Shown piece by piece: positions 51,401 to 63,700 of a stretch of DNA of 64,000 bases (positions within the stretch are counted from its first letter, which is position 1; each line of letters begins with the position of its first letter). The DNA is taken from contig JBHGNT010000001.1 in assembly GCA_043228905.1 (NCBI GenBank), positions 1,302,001-1,366,000 on the forward strand, written 5' to 3'. The stretch comes from Azolla caroliniana. Lineage: Eukaryota > Plantae > Polypodiophyta. The notes below the pieces were generated by a model that saw nothing but the letters and a program-made list of their open reading frames with translations, made no database searches and was not told the origin of the DNA. The translations under genes and the position numbers were made by a program.

Positions 51401-54400
51401 GCTGCCTTTCTTTGATCAAGATCTGCATGTTCCTTTGCAAACAACTCTTTCTGCCTCTCAAGCTCTTCCATAGATACATTGCACTCTTCTTTTAAAGCCA
51501 CAAGGTTCAATTTTTCTTCATCCACTGCCTTTTGCAAATCGATCTGCATAAGATAGGACAATCAGAAAGTTTCCATTATGATTGAGTGAATTCAGAATCC
51601 CCAGGAACTTTCTAGCATATATTTTGAGCAGGTTCATCACCATAGATTCCCAGATGCTATTTAGCTTATGCATGTATGGTCAAATGTGTAGTAATCCAAG
51701 ATGAAGAAAATACCAGATCCTTTTGTTGTTGAGGCAACGCTTCCTCTTTCAGAATCAGAGCGTTCTCCAAAGCTTCGACCCTTTCTCTTTCACTTGAAAC
51801 AAGAGCTTCTGTTTGCTTGACATTCTCTTCACGTTGCTCAAGGAGCTGGTAATAAGAAGAGTGTGTTACATATAAAGATAAGACAAATACTGTGTTCGTG
51901 AATTTTGAACACATTAACAGAAAACGCTCCTCAAAGATGGTATCAACATATATTCTTAATTCTTGATCACTTAATTGGCCGTTTTCCTTTTTTCCAAGAG
52001 AAGTTACCTCAAACATAGGATAACTGTTATCACCACTAATCTTAATAGGATTTTGAATTACAATTTCTCACAGCAGTGCTTCGGGTAGTGCCAAGATGGC
52101 CATAGTACATCAAGTCTCCAGATATATAATGAAAGAAGCAAAAGGATCATTTGCCTATTAAGATAGCATGCTTACTTCACCAAGTGCTACGATCTTATAA
52201 AACAATTTCAACTTACATCCTCTGCTATTATCCTTCAGCCCATACTGACTTTTTGTGGCCACAACAGAGAGCCCTAACCCTTAGGTATACATGGTACTGA
52301 TGTCCAATCTCAACTTAATATATAACTAGCACACAATTATTCTATTGTTCACAACATATGATTCAGTAAATCTTGGTTTGATAGGTTGGTTGCTGTAGCT
52401 TCTAGAATGGTAGGTCTTTAGAGACATTAGAGAGAAGAAAAAATCCAACATGTTGAAAGTTAAGGTGAAGAAGTTAAAGCTACATGGACTTACTCGTTCT
52501 CTGTTAGAAATCTTTTCCTGAAGTAGCAGGAGTTCTTGCTCCCTTTTAGTAATTATGATCTCCCTCTTGATAGCAGTCTAATCACAAAAAAAGAACAAAG
52601 AAATAAATAGGTTGATAACCTTGTTTGATACTGGAATAAATATATCAGATGTGAATCACCTCTTCCCTCATTGTCAAGCTTGAAAGCTTAGCGCTTAAAT
52701 CAGTTTCAGCCTGTTGTAATGACAACTTTTCTTTCTCAAGCTGCTTTTTGGCATCTTGAAGATCCATATCTATCTTCTTAAAAGATTCGTCTTTCTGGTT
52801 GACAAACTCCTCTCTCTGATTGAGAAGCTTCTCACCAATGAGCAACCTATCTTGGCCTTCCTGGAGTTTCTTCTCCCAATCAAGTAAGGTTGCCCTCTGT
52901 CGGTTGAGCTCTGCTTCATGCGCATCCTGCCTGAATATCGTGTACAGAGTTTATGTAGTCGTTCATAGTATAGAGTCACCCAACACTCAATTTACTCAAA
53001 AGGGAAATTAACTGAATACCCCCCTTGTTTTACGAATTCCCCAAAACACCACTAATGGTCCTGCATAATAGCCTCTCTCTTTCCACGTTTTTCTCTCATT
53101 CTCTCTCTGAACACAGAGGGATATTTTGGTCAAACCTCCCAAACTAAAAATAGAGACCGACTACTTACTCTGCGCGTATGGCCATGCGCTCTCTCCTTAA
53201 GGCATCTTCTCGAGCTTCAACTTCCTGTAGCTTCCTCTCAGCAACTCCATTTTGCCTTCTCGCCTCTGCCTGTGCTGCCTCAGCTGCATGCAATTTTGAT
53301 TCTGCAAGTAAAGTCTTCTCTTCTGTCCCTGCAACCATATCTCTCGCCTGACTCAACTTATTCTCTGAAGAGACCTTCATCTCTGCCAATTCGGCCCTCA
53401 TATCTTTCAACGCTTTTTCCAGCTGCATTATTTATTTGCCACATATATTAAACATATATAATCCAAAATGTCAACAGAATAAACACGAGGCCAGATGAGA
53501 ATGTAACAGTGCTTACATCAGAAACACATTGCTTTTCAATGGCAAGAGCTTTCTTTAAACCCTCTTCTCGTTTCTCAGAGTCTGCAACCGCTTGAATGTG
53601 CAATGACAAGTCTTTCCTCCAATTTTCTTCAGCCTCCTGAGCTGCTGCCTTCAGCTTCTCAGTTTTTAAATTCCACTCCTTGCGCTCCATGAGTAGAAGT
53701 CCCATGTTATACTGATAGTCATAAAGCTGTGACACCAAAAACCATTAAGATATCAATCCAGATTTTCTCCAAGCCTTAAAAGGTCAACAGTTAAACAGCA
53801 AGCCTTAAACTACTGCTGACCAATGGTCTTCTATGGGAAATATGGAGAACCCCTCGATTAATATGCAAACATAGTATTCTCTTCACAATCTCCATCTACA
53901 ATTAGGGATCGGCAACAGCTCGGCTCAAGCCTAAACTGTTTAGCTAAACCAGTTTAAAATGGTTTAGTGGCTTAGCGACTCGGTTTAGGCCTGAGCCTAC
54001 GTAACCGGTTTGAGCTCGGCTCGGCTTGGCCTGAGCCTTGCCAGACCGGCTCAAGCCTTTTATGTGATTTAATAATTAGGGTTTAGAAAGTTAGAAATTA
54101 GACAGTTAGAAGTTAGAAGTTAGACCTTGAGCGAGAGATTGACAGGAAGCCATAGGCAACGACTTGAGTGACGAGTCTCCACACAGACTTGAGCGAGGGA
54201 GGGAGGGAGAGAGGGAGAGGGAGCCTGCCTAGTGAACGATGACAAGGACCCCCTTGCTGTTATATACATTCTTTCTGTACATATAGGTGAAAACTTAGTT
54301 CCAATTCTCTCCAAGTTGGAACCAGGACCTAGGGCACGCAATCGAGAATGGCCATATCGAGGTCCGGGAAGGGTTACATCAATCCTCTCATTGTGAGCTC

Positions 54401-56147
54401 ACTATATTGGAGGTGCTCAAGGGTCAGGCGGTAGCAATCTACAAAGGAAGATGAGGAGGATGGGGGTGGGGGTGGGGGAGCATGTCAACTTTGGAGGCTA
54501 TGACATTGTTTGCGGTCGTCATAGCCTCGGGGCTCATGGTTCGGGTGGTGGGAGGCAAGGGATTCGTGGATGTCAGCAGACCAATCGTAGTAGTCTACCG
54601 CCAGGGAGTCGTGGAGGTGGGACTTGGAGTTGAATTCCGACTCATCAGTGGTAAGGCCGAGGGGGTGGGAGTTATGAGGAGGAGAAGAAGAGTAGGAGGA
54701 AGAGTTAGTTCTGTTTTTTGGGTTTCTTCACACCTCTAAAGCTTTTTTTGTCCCAAACCGGTTTAGGGATCATTTTGGTTTGGTTTGGTTCAGGTTTGAG
54801 AACCCCAAAACAGTTTAGACTTAACTGGTTTGGCTTATCAAAGCCAAACTGGTAAAGCCTAAACCAAACCATTGCCGATTCCTAGCTACAATTGACCTTT
54901 TAACCAATCATCCGGATATACAGAATTTATATGAGCAATGAGTCTGAGAAACATAGGATTCTGTAAGGGATCCTCTAGCTTGAGAGTCTTATTCAAGAGA
55001 GCCATTTCTATGGACTCTGAAATATCTACGGCCCTGTTACGAATCAAATAAATTTGGAGGAGCAGATGCAACAGTAGTTCGTGCTAACTTGCAATGCATA
55101 TTACTTGCTGTGAAAGAGAATGAACCAACCTATTGCTTCGACATCAAGGGAAATCTCACAGTAGTATCCTCTGAACTTTACAATCACCCTATTCACATGT
55201 GATCCAAGAAACATCAACCCAGTGTGAAAAATTCAAATGATGCTACCAAATTTCCAGGAAAGAGGTGCACGCATTCACAAAAAACACTGATCCATAGTTC
55301 AACTTGCCAAGTGAACAGTGCCAGTTTCGTAGGTTTTCCATTAAATTCATATACACATTGTAGTGTGTTCCTCAGAACTTCCTCTGGTTGCATGCAGGGA
55401 AAGGTGATTTGAGACCAATTAGCAAAGAAAACATTGCCTCACAACATTGATTAATATGTTAACTGAATAAAACTAACGTAAGGAATGGATTTGCTTGTTG
55501 ATTAGAATCGAAATGTTGAACCTTACAACAAAAACGAAAAATTGAAGTTAAATCAAAAATGGTCTCTAAATCATTGTTCTTCACAGAAGAAACTGGTGCA
55601 AGGCTTTAGTTTCACATCTTACACCGCCTACAGTCTTACAGCAACAATCACAACGAAAAACTGAAAAGCTTTGCATCCAATTGGATGTCACTAAGTCATA
55701 TTTGTTTTCTTCGAAGAGATGGAGAACCCAACCAGACATAAACGAACATAGGCTAGCCTAAGGAGTTAAGATCCATTACAAATTGAATGAGAAGGGAGAA
55801 CTAACCTCAGTTTCTAAGACAGAGAGTCGGGATATGAGGGCTGCACGATCTTTTTTCTCAATCGACATTTCGTCAAGCGCCCCAGCTTCTCTGAATCTCC
55901 GCCAGATCTCGGGTTCGTTGTCATTGTCGGCGGGGGAGGAAACCATGGCCATCAGGCTCTGCGTGGTCCTATTCTCGACCAGACCTTTCACGGGGCTGAA
56001 AGGGGGAGGAACAAGAGAAAGAGGCTCCGGTGTGGAAAGATTCGCCTTCTCTCTCTCTCTTTCTCTTTCTTTGTCTTTCTCTTTGTCCTTCCTCTCTGAG
56101 GAGGCTGGGGACCAACCAGGCCATCCCATCTTCTGAGGAGAAAACAT
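48473..56147 (-). CDS. CRWN: CROWDED NUCLEI / NMCP (LINC) nuclear lamina coiled-coil protein, ~1266 aa; exons 56147-55806, 53726-53517, 53422-53169, 52930-52660, 52577-52494, 51845-51714, 51543-49532, 49370-49280, 48877-48473
   Basis: MFSPQKMGWPGW; WRRFREAGALDE..EKKDRAALI; LYDYQYNMGLLLMERKEW; EKQCVSDLEKAL; LKREKERFEKEWDILDEKR; WLRKCVSGLF; KRYNFRRST; acidic stretch and terminal KWWDYLVT. Junctions GT-AG; total 3801 nt. Confidence 0.94.
53903..54884. mobile_element. non-autonomous hAT element (982 bp, Pack-type) in CRWN intron 1
   Basis: TIRs TAGGGATCGGCAA / TTGCCGATTCCTA (12/13); TSD TCTACAAT (53895-53902) / GCTACAAT (54885-54892). GGTTT/AAACC/GGCT subterminal repeats; no transposase. Confidence 0.88.
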
Positions 56148-56429
56148 GGAAGACTCTGTTTTTTTTCTTTCTTTCGCTCTGTTTGTCTCTGTTTTCCTCT
56201 ACGTTTGTTCCCTGGTCTTTCTGTGTCTGCCTGTATCCGTTTGCGTCTGTGCTTTCCTCTGTGTGTGTATGTGTTTGTTGTGACTGCTGCTTGGGAGCCT
56301 TTCGAGCAGGGTGAGAAAGAGATCTGTCTGTACTCACTTTCCTTTGGACCTGTTTGGGGGAGGAGAATTTAGGGCAAAGGAAAGAAAGGAAAAAAGAAAG
56401 AATACACTGTCAAAAGAAAGAAAGAACGC

Positions 56430-56430
<1 letters not shown>

Positions 56431-56477
<47 letters not shown>

Positions 56478-56575
56478 GAGGAGGAGGAGGAGAAGGGTAA
56501 AGTTCAAGATTTCAGAAGAAGGAAACTTTGCAGCAGAAGAAGGAAGAGAGGATCATCACAAGCAGAAAGCAGGAA

Positions 56576-56614
<39 letters not shown>

Positions 56615-56716
56615 CCGAGCATTAAACAGGAACAGGAGAGAGAGAGAGAGAGAGAGGAGACGCCCTGTTTCTCTCGTGGTCCCCCACCATCGCTCTCTCT
56701 CTCTATCTCCTCTCTC
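56431..56716. repeat. (GA)n/(GAG)n microsatellite cluster upstream of the CRWN start (GAGA-element-like)
   Basis: Several GA runs 0.3-0.6 kb upstream of the ATG on the minus strand; further (TATG)n, (CA)n and (CTT)n tracts at 56840-57070. Confidence 0.85.
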
Positions 56717-59554
56717 TAGGCGCGCTTTCTCTCTCCTCCTCGAAACGCAAAAAGCAACGGAGTAGGGGCGTAGAAAAGCAAGAAAAGCAATAACAAACAG
56801 GGACAAGGGAAGGGAAGGGAAAGCTATCTTATCTACCTATTATGTATGGTATGGTATGGTATGTATGTATATATATGTGGTATGTATGTGTATGTATGTG
56901 GTTTGTACATATGTATGATTGGGGGAAGGATTAAATGAAGGGAAAGGAGATCGGACATATACATACATACATACCATACATATATGATATACATATACAT
57001 ACATATCCATACATTACACACACACACACATTCTTCTTCTTCTTCTTCTTCTTCCTCCTCCTCCTCCTCTTTCTTTTTCCTTCCTTCTTTTTCCTTTTCC
57101 TTTTCATCTTTTGCCCCTTCTTTTTTATCAAATTTGACTGTTTGTTATTTTTTAAATCCTCATCCACCTTAAATTATCAGCAAATCAGATCTTTTTTAAT
57201 GCAAAAGAATATTTCAACTAAATAAAGTGGCTGTTTTTTCTTTTCTTTTTGCTTCTGCTTTACTTTTTTATGTTTTATATATTTATTTATTTATTTTTCT
57301 TTGCTAAACAAAATCAAAAGTCTGTTTTTATATTTTTAATTTGAGTTGATCGACTTGCAAATCTTCTCATACATTCCTCCTGATTCTCATCATCATTGGG
57401 TTCATGAGAACACACAACTAAACTCATTATGATTTTACCAACCCATCTTGCATGTGCCATCGTTCGCATACATGCTATACATCCTGCCCACATATAACCC
57501 ATTTATTACCATTCATTTCACACTCACACCGATCAATCCGTCAAATGAATATCGCCAACAACCCTCGGTTGGGTCAAGTAAACCTTGCTGATTATTTCAA
57601 TTAAATCTCTATTGTTGTAACTTGTATGTTCCAGTGCATCACACATTCACTTCATGTATCAATCACATATAGGTAATCCTCTACGTCGCCTCCACATTGA
57701 TCAAGTGTCCATCTAGACAAGGAAATGGTTAGCCATATTCGCGCAGTAAACAACATGCAAAATCTCATTTTGCATGTGATCATCTCCACGCATGTATGGT
57801 TTTAATGGAAACCAATATGAGTTAACAAGGCAATGAGAGAACAATCATGTATGCTTTTATGGAGAGTATGTATACGTAACCCTCAAACATCTCATGTTTA
57901 CTTATGGAGTTTATTGACATTATAAAGTCCTAGATATCTTTTGCCTATGTGAGAATCAATTTTTATTAAACATTTCAAAACATCAACGATGAAATCTTGT
58001 GCAATTCCTCTTGTGGTTCAATTGTCTAGTTGTGAGCAATCAACAAAAGTCCATATGATGATTGTTGTTGCCACACCTCTATTCTTGTACTTATTATTGT
58101 AATGTCATTGTATATGTTTTGTGCATATACACTTACGAATATTGTGCGTAAAGCTTATTTAGAGAAGGCTTGATTGAAATCATCTTCTTCACTTATATTT
58201 TCATTTATAATCCCTAACACAAGATGAGTTGTCAAAGCTTCCAAACGCGAGCATTTTCAAGAAAAAACGAAGAGTATTTTGATTCCAAAAAATCACGTCT
58301 TTATGCATATTGTCCTAAATTTGTAATTTTAGGTATATATTGGCAAGGTTGCATTTTATAAACATTTTCTAATATTGTTTTCCAATCATCTTGAAGGTAG
58401 ATGTTGGATGATGTTTGTCCTCCTGAAAATGAATGGCACATGATTTTTAAAGAATATTGCAACATATTTTCATGGGATCGAGTTTTGGCTTCTACTCTCA
58501 CTTCCTAGCATTCAACTTGTGGTGTTAACGTGATGTGATGCTCGTAACTACTTACATCAACAACAATATCATGAATGCATGTATTTTCTCATTGTGATAA
58601 TCATAAATAATTAGATATCATATAGTGTGAATCCAACCCAAGCAAAGAATGCATGTGAACGTTAACGCGTCCTAAAGAATCCTCTCGCTTGTGGTCATAT
58701 GGGAGTTTCATTGAGGAGTTAGCTTTATATCTACATATTTAGATTTCAAAAGTTTTCTCTACCATATGTTTCATATGAATAACCAATGATGCATATGCTT
58801 ACAATTTGTTAACAACAATATCATATTATGTTTGGAACAAAAGGTATGTTTTGGTATTTGTTGTAGATCAAAGTTTGATCATTGATAACTCCAAGATTTT
58901 TTTAATTTGGTGTTGTATCGGGAATAACAAGCCAAAATGTTAATTCGTGCTTGACATATGCTAGTATGCTACATCTATATTGCAAGTAAGTTTTAATGAG
59001 GATGTACCTTTAATATTATTAGCCTCATTTTCATGATATTTCTAGTACGACTTAGTTAACCTTTATTTATTGGTGGACTTTTAAGATCTAATCTGAGTAT
59101 ATTTGGCACAATGACCATATGGTATATTTAATGCATATACATTCTCACGAAACCCGATGGCACTTTACAAAACCATCATGAAAGTGGATAAAAACTTAGA
59201 GGTGTAATTCTGTAAGACATTACATACTTCTCTCACTCTCTATGAGACATTGCTTTCAAGAACTTAAGCATTTAGAGAACTTTGTTGCTTTGTTAAGGTG
59301 TGGTTCGACATGTTATTCGACATTCATAGCACACGATGATGGTAATTTCTTTTGACAATCTCAAACCCCAATTTACAACAGAGATGCACATCAATTGTTG
59401 AAGTAGAAAACGAGAAATTTAATATGCTAGTCACATGATGTATTTGGTCCCATTCATATGTTGTATTACTTGTACTAATTATGAGTTATGCTAGTATACT
59501 GGAGAGCCAAACGGTGTTAAGAGTATGACCATCATAATAACAAAGTAATTAACA

Positions 59555-60728
59555 TCAAAACACATGCCTTTCTTTCAATATTCTGTGAAGATTGGTAGGA
59601 AAATATTAGGTGCTAGATCATGGAAAGAACCCATTGCAAATGTTGTTTGGAGACGAAATGAACATTCTCCACAACATCACAAACAATTTTGGAAATGGCT
59701 ATGGGGTATAAAGATTAGTAGGAAAATTGCTTGTTTTCAATGGTTGTTGGTTCATAATGTTATACCAGTTAATGGATGGCAAAAAGGAAATGTAGACATA
59801 ATACGTAAAATTCGTGTTCGTCTAGCATAACATTCATTTTCCTACGTTGGAAAACGAATGCGAATGTTATTCAAACATTCTTGTGATTTTTTTTTGTTTT
59901 TTTCTCAATTTTTAAATGTTTTTTATTTATTTTTTAGGCTTATTTACCTCATAATAAATAGTTAATCCAAACGTATGGTATTTATCATTCTTTGAGGGTG
60001 TTTTCCTTGCGCGAATGCGAATGCACGTATGGTGCGTATGGTTCATACTATGGTAGACAAGATGTGCCCTTTCTATACAAATGTAATAGAGACTGCTAAA
60101 CATTGTTTGTGGAGTTGTGGTTTTGCTCTGGACATATGGAAACGAATCATAAAATTATTAACTCTAGTATATCCTAGAGTAGTGTATACATGGGGTGCAA
60201 TATTATGGGCGGTGGTACATGATAAACCTATTGTATATGAACAGGAGGAGGTTGCAGATGCTTTTGTGATGAGACATGGTTTGATGGAAAAAAAATTGAT
60301 CCCTTTGAATCCACAAATACAAATTGATAAACCTCAAATATGGCAATTGGTAAGTAGTATTACAAATTGGTATATTTGGAAGGCTCGATGTTTGAAGGTA
60401 TTTCAAAATGTGACTGAAAAACATGCCCAAATAATTTCGGGAATTTGGATAAAGATTGTGCATAAACTCATAGGGTTGTTGGATAGTATAAAAGGTAATA
60501 CTCACCAAGCGGAGCCTAAGCGTTTGGAGTTTCATGCCATCTGGGACATAGGTATACATATTTTTTAGACGACTTGTTGATAAGGTGGAGTGGTTTTACT
60601 CAACACCAAAGTATTTATTTAAGTCTATGGTTAGAATTTTTTTTTAAATACGGGATTTGTGGTATATCTTATATGTTTAGCCTTATGGCGTTTTCTAATA
60701 CTAATGTGGTATCTTTTTTGGAAAAAAA
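59555..60728 (+). mobile_element. 5'-truncated L1 LINE, same family as 12647-14813, interrupted by a MITE
   Basis: Closely similar zf-RVT/C-terminal coding sequence and 3' UTR; poly(A). Perfect 16-bp TSD AACAAAGTAATTAACA at 59539-59554 and 60729-60744. Confidence 0.94.
59797..60052. mobile_element. MITE (256 bp) nested in the LINE; same family as 37593-37839
   Basis: Termini CATAATACG...CATACTATG; flanked by GTAGA (59792-59796, 60053-60057). The empty site GGAAATGTAGACAAGATG is visible in the other LINE copy at ~14126-14143. Confidence 0.92.
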
Positions 60729-63700
60729 AACAAAGTAATTAACAAGATACCCAATGGGATAGAAGAACCATATCTAATTTCTAATAACATCATTGTGCTA
60801 CAATATGAGATGTTATCAAGCATGGAGGATGCATTTATGTAGATGACAATGTGGAAGCTCCTTGGCCACTGACCAACAATCACATTAAAAATGATGTTCA
60901 TGTTACATTATTAAATGAAATAAAGGTTATGGTAGGTCCATGCATGGGAGCTTAAATTATGATGTCCCAACAAGCAACACCAACCAATCCCCCCTTCCCC
61001 CAACGCATCTCAACAAATATAATCACCATTACAAAGTTCTGAACTTAGGTATCCCACTTTTGCAAAATGATGCTTTTGTGACCAATATTTCAAGAAAAAA
61101 CCAAAATGCAAACTTAGAAAAAAAACTAATAGGAAAAGTGCATTCTATAATTGGGAAATTCAATAGTCATTCTAATGTTGTGTTCGATAAAATGCTAGAC
61201 ATCTATTTGGAAAAATTAATTTAAGTCTCTTTGGCATAGTTTTAAATACCATTGTTATTTGCCATAATTGACCGTGTAAGCTTAAATGGTTAAGATTACG
61301 GAACATGACAAAGTATGATAACTTTCCACATCAACTAATCTATCAAATTGATATATTCTTCCATTTATTTTAGTGCTTGTAGACTTTAGTCCACTCTTTA
61401 CAATATCTCATGAGTCAGTTTGGAGATGTTAAAAGTAACCATTCATTTTGTTCACGAGATTGTTTTGTTCATGTATGCAATCTTTGATTGGGTATTGTTG
61501 TAAACATGCTACTTAATCGTCCATATGTCTTTCACAATACCCTCTTTACATTTTCTCTGCTAAGGGCATATGCATGTGACATGCATATGCACTATGATAA
61601 TAACTAGTTTTGAATTGTATGCCCTTTTCCAGCCCTTTTGAAATTGAAGGTCATATACATGTGTCGTGGCATCAAGAAACCATATATCTAATTGGTTGCA
61701 AGCGAGGTTTTTGATAGTGGTAGATTGCAATCAAATATGATGGTCGTTGATGAGGAAGGAGCTAATGCTTATGATGGAATTGAGAGTACATAGAAGCCCC
61801 TTTCATATGCAATACGACCTAACCAAATATGTCCCCTCAATGATGCAATAACTCCAAATACTCAAGGCCTTACACAATTGCTTAACTCTCAAGTATTACT
61901 TAATTTCAATGGAGATAGATGTCGTGCCACATTATAGCAACAACACAATGAAATTATCCTTGCAAATATTATACAAGTGACAAGTCTTGTGGCGTGCAAT
62001 CACTGCTTTCTCCTCATAAAGTAATGGTTGTTCTCTAATAAATTCCACAAAACCACCAACACATAGTAAACCCACAAGAGTGATGCAGTAGGATTTTCCC
62101 GCCCCAATATCTGGTATGTAACCATTCCTATGTTGTTTGTATACGAGGGCCTAGATCTGCCCATGCATGGTGATACCACACTTAAGCTTGCCAACTTTGT
62201 AGTCGTCCATAGTCCACCACGACAAAATAATGACCACTAACATAATGTCCTATTTTACTAAAATATGCATGTTTGACATTCTAAAATTACAATTCACATC
62301 CTGGAACTATTGTCGTCCTAATGTATATCCAATCAATAATTAGCCCACTAACTTTATCACAAAAATAGTCGATAGATGAAACATGTCGCAACATAATCCA
62401 TCCCAAATGTAAATTATCATTATTGCCAAAGTTCCAAAAATGATCATGTGTATGTTCCTTACATGAAACGGGGATAAATTTATCTTTATCGCGATTTAAA
62501 GCATTAATAGTTCAACTTGAAGGAAGGTTCAAACAATAGGCTTGTGGTGGCCACTACCATTAGCAAGGAGAAAGTGCTAAAAAATGACGATGTGATTTGC
62601 AGCACCTATTGTGTGCAAGATAAAATGTGATCATCCTTGGTTTTCACCATGGAAGTATTTCATATTAATATTCATAACATCATATTTAGTGCACGATAGA
62701 ACATTATGAAGTAAAAGTGTCCATCATACGAGAAGTATTAGACCTATGATAAAGATAGGATACATCCTACATGTTGAATGCTCATAGCTTTATGATGATT
62801 TGATACAACGTCATTCAACACACTTCTCCACTTCATTTGTTTCTGTCAATCGTTCACCACATCATCTCTATCTTGCACCCACCACATGTACTTTCCAAAG
62901 GTGTAGTTCTTATCCATCAAAGTTTATATATTCACTATTTTAGACCCATAACATATGCACCACATTTCCCCAAAATGAACAATCTATGTTTTACCTCGTA
63001 AAAAGCATAAGAATTTGTGCATAAATATATGTGCTTAGAAAGAAGACGAAGTGCTGGCCATTTGTTACAAAAATCCATCACATGTTTTTATTTGAAATTC
63101 CACTTATTGTCTTTTCTCCAAATTGGCACAATGTATGAAATTCAAATAACTACCTCTAAATCACTGAATTTGCATCCCCTCTCTTGTAATATTAAACAAA
63201 TGATTCACACATTCTTCCATCAACCAACCTTTTTTTGAAATGTTGGTATTGTCTCAACAAATGTAAGTGGCTTGTTGTTATTGTACATTCATGATGAGTT
63301 TGCTGATGAATGGATATGAATCATGATTTGCTCATTGTGATTTGACACACCTTTGGGTTCTCAAGACTTGTTGCAATATCGATGAAAACAACCTCAAATT
63401 TGTTATACGAAATGACTTGTCACTTACAAATGTTCAATGCAACTCTTCATATATCAACTCTTAAATTTCTTATTATAATTGTTTATTAAATAACTCTAAA
63501 TTTCCTACAAAAGTTTGATTAGCACCTTTTACATGCATGTATGGAGGCAATGTTCTCCTCGAAAAATGATTTAAATATATGTTTTCAAAACACACAATTT
63601 TTGTGGCGTTGACTTGAGATCCCATCCTAAATGTAGGAATTGCATGCACATGGTGTCACATGTATCCTTCACACATGGTGTCACGTGTATACCCAACCAT

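Noticed and set aside
11226-56147. The five host genes as a functional cluster
   Set aside because: Unrelated functions (pectin hydrolysis, proteasome-associated PITH, sugar transport, ubiquitin ligase, nuclear lamina); nothing in the sequence indicates co-regulation.
56311-57225. ORFs with ER/R/K/F/S homopolymers
   Set aside because: Translations of microsatellites.
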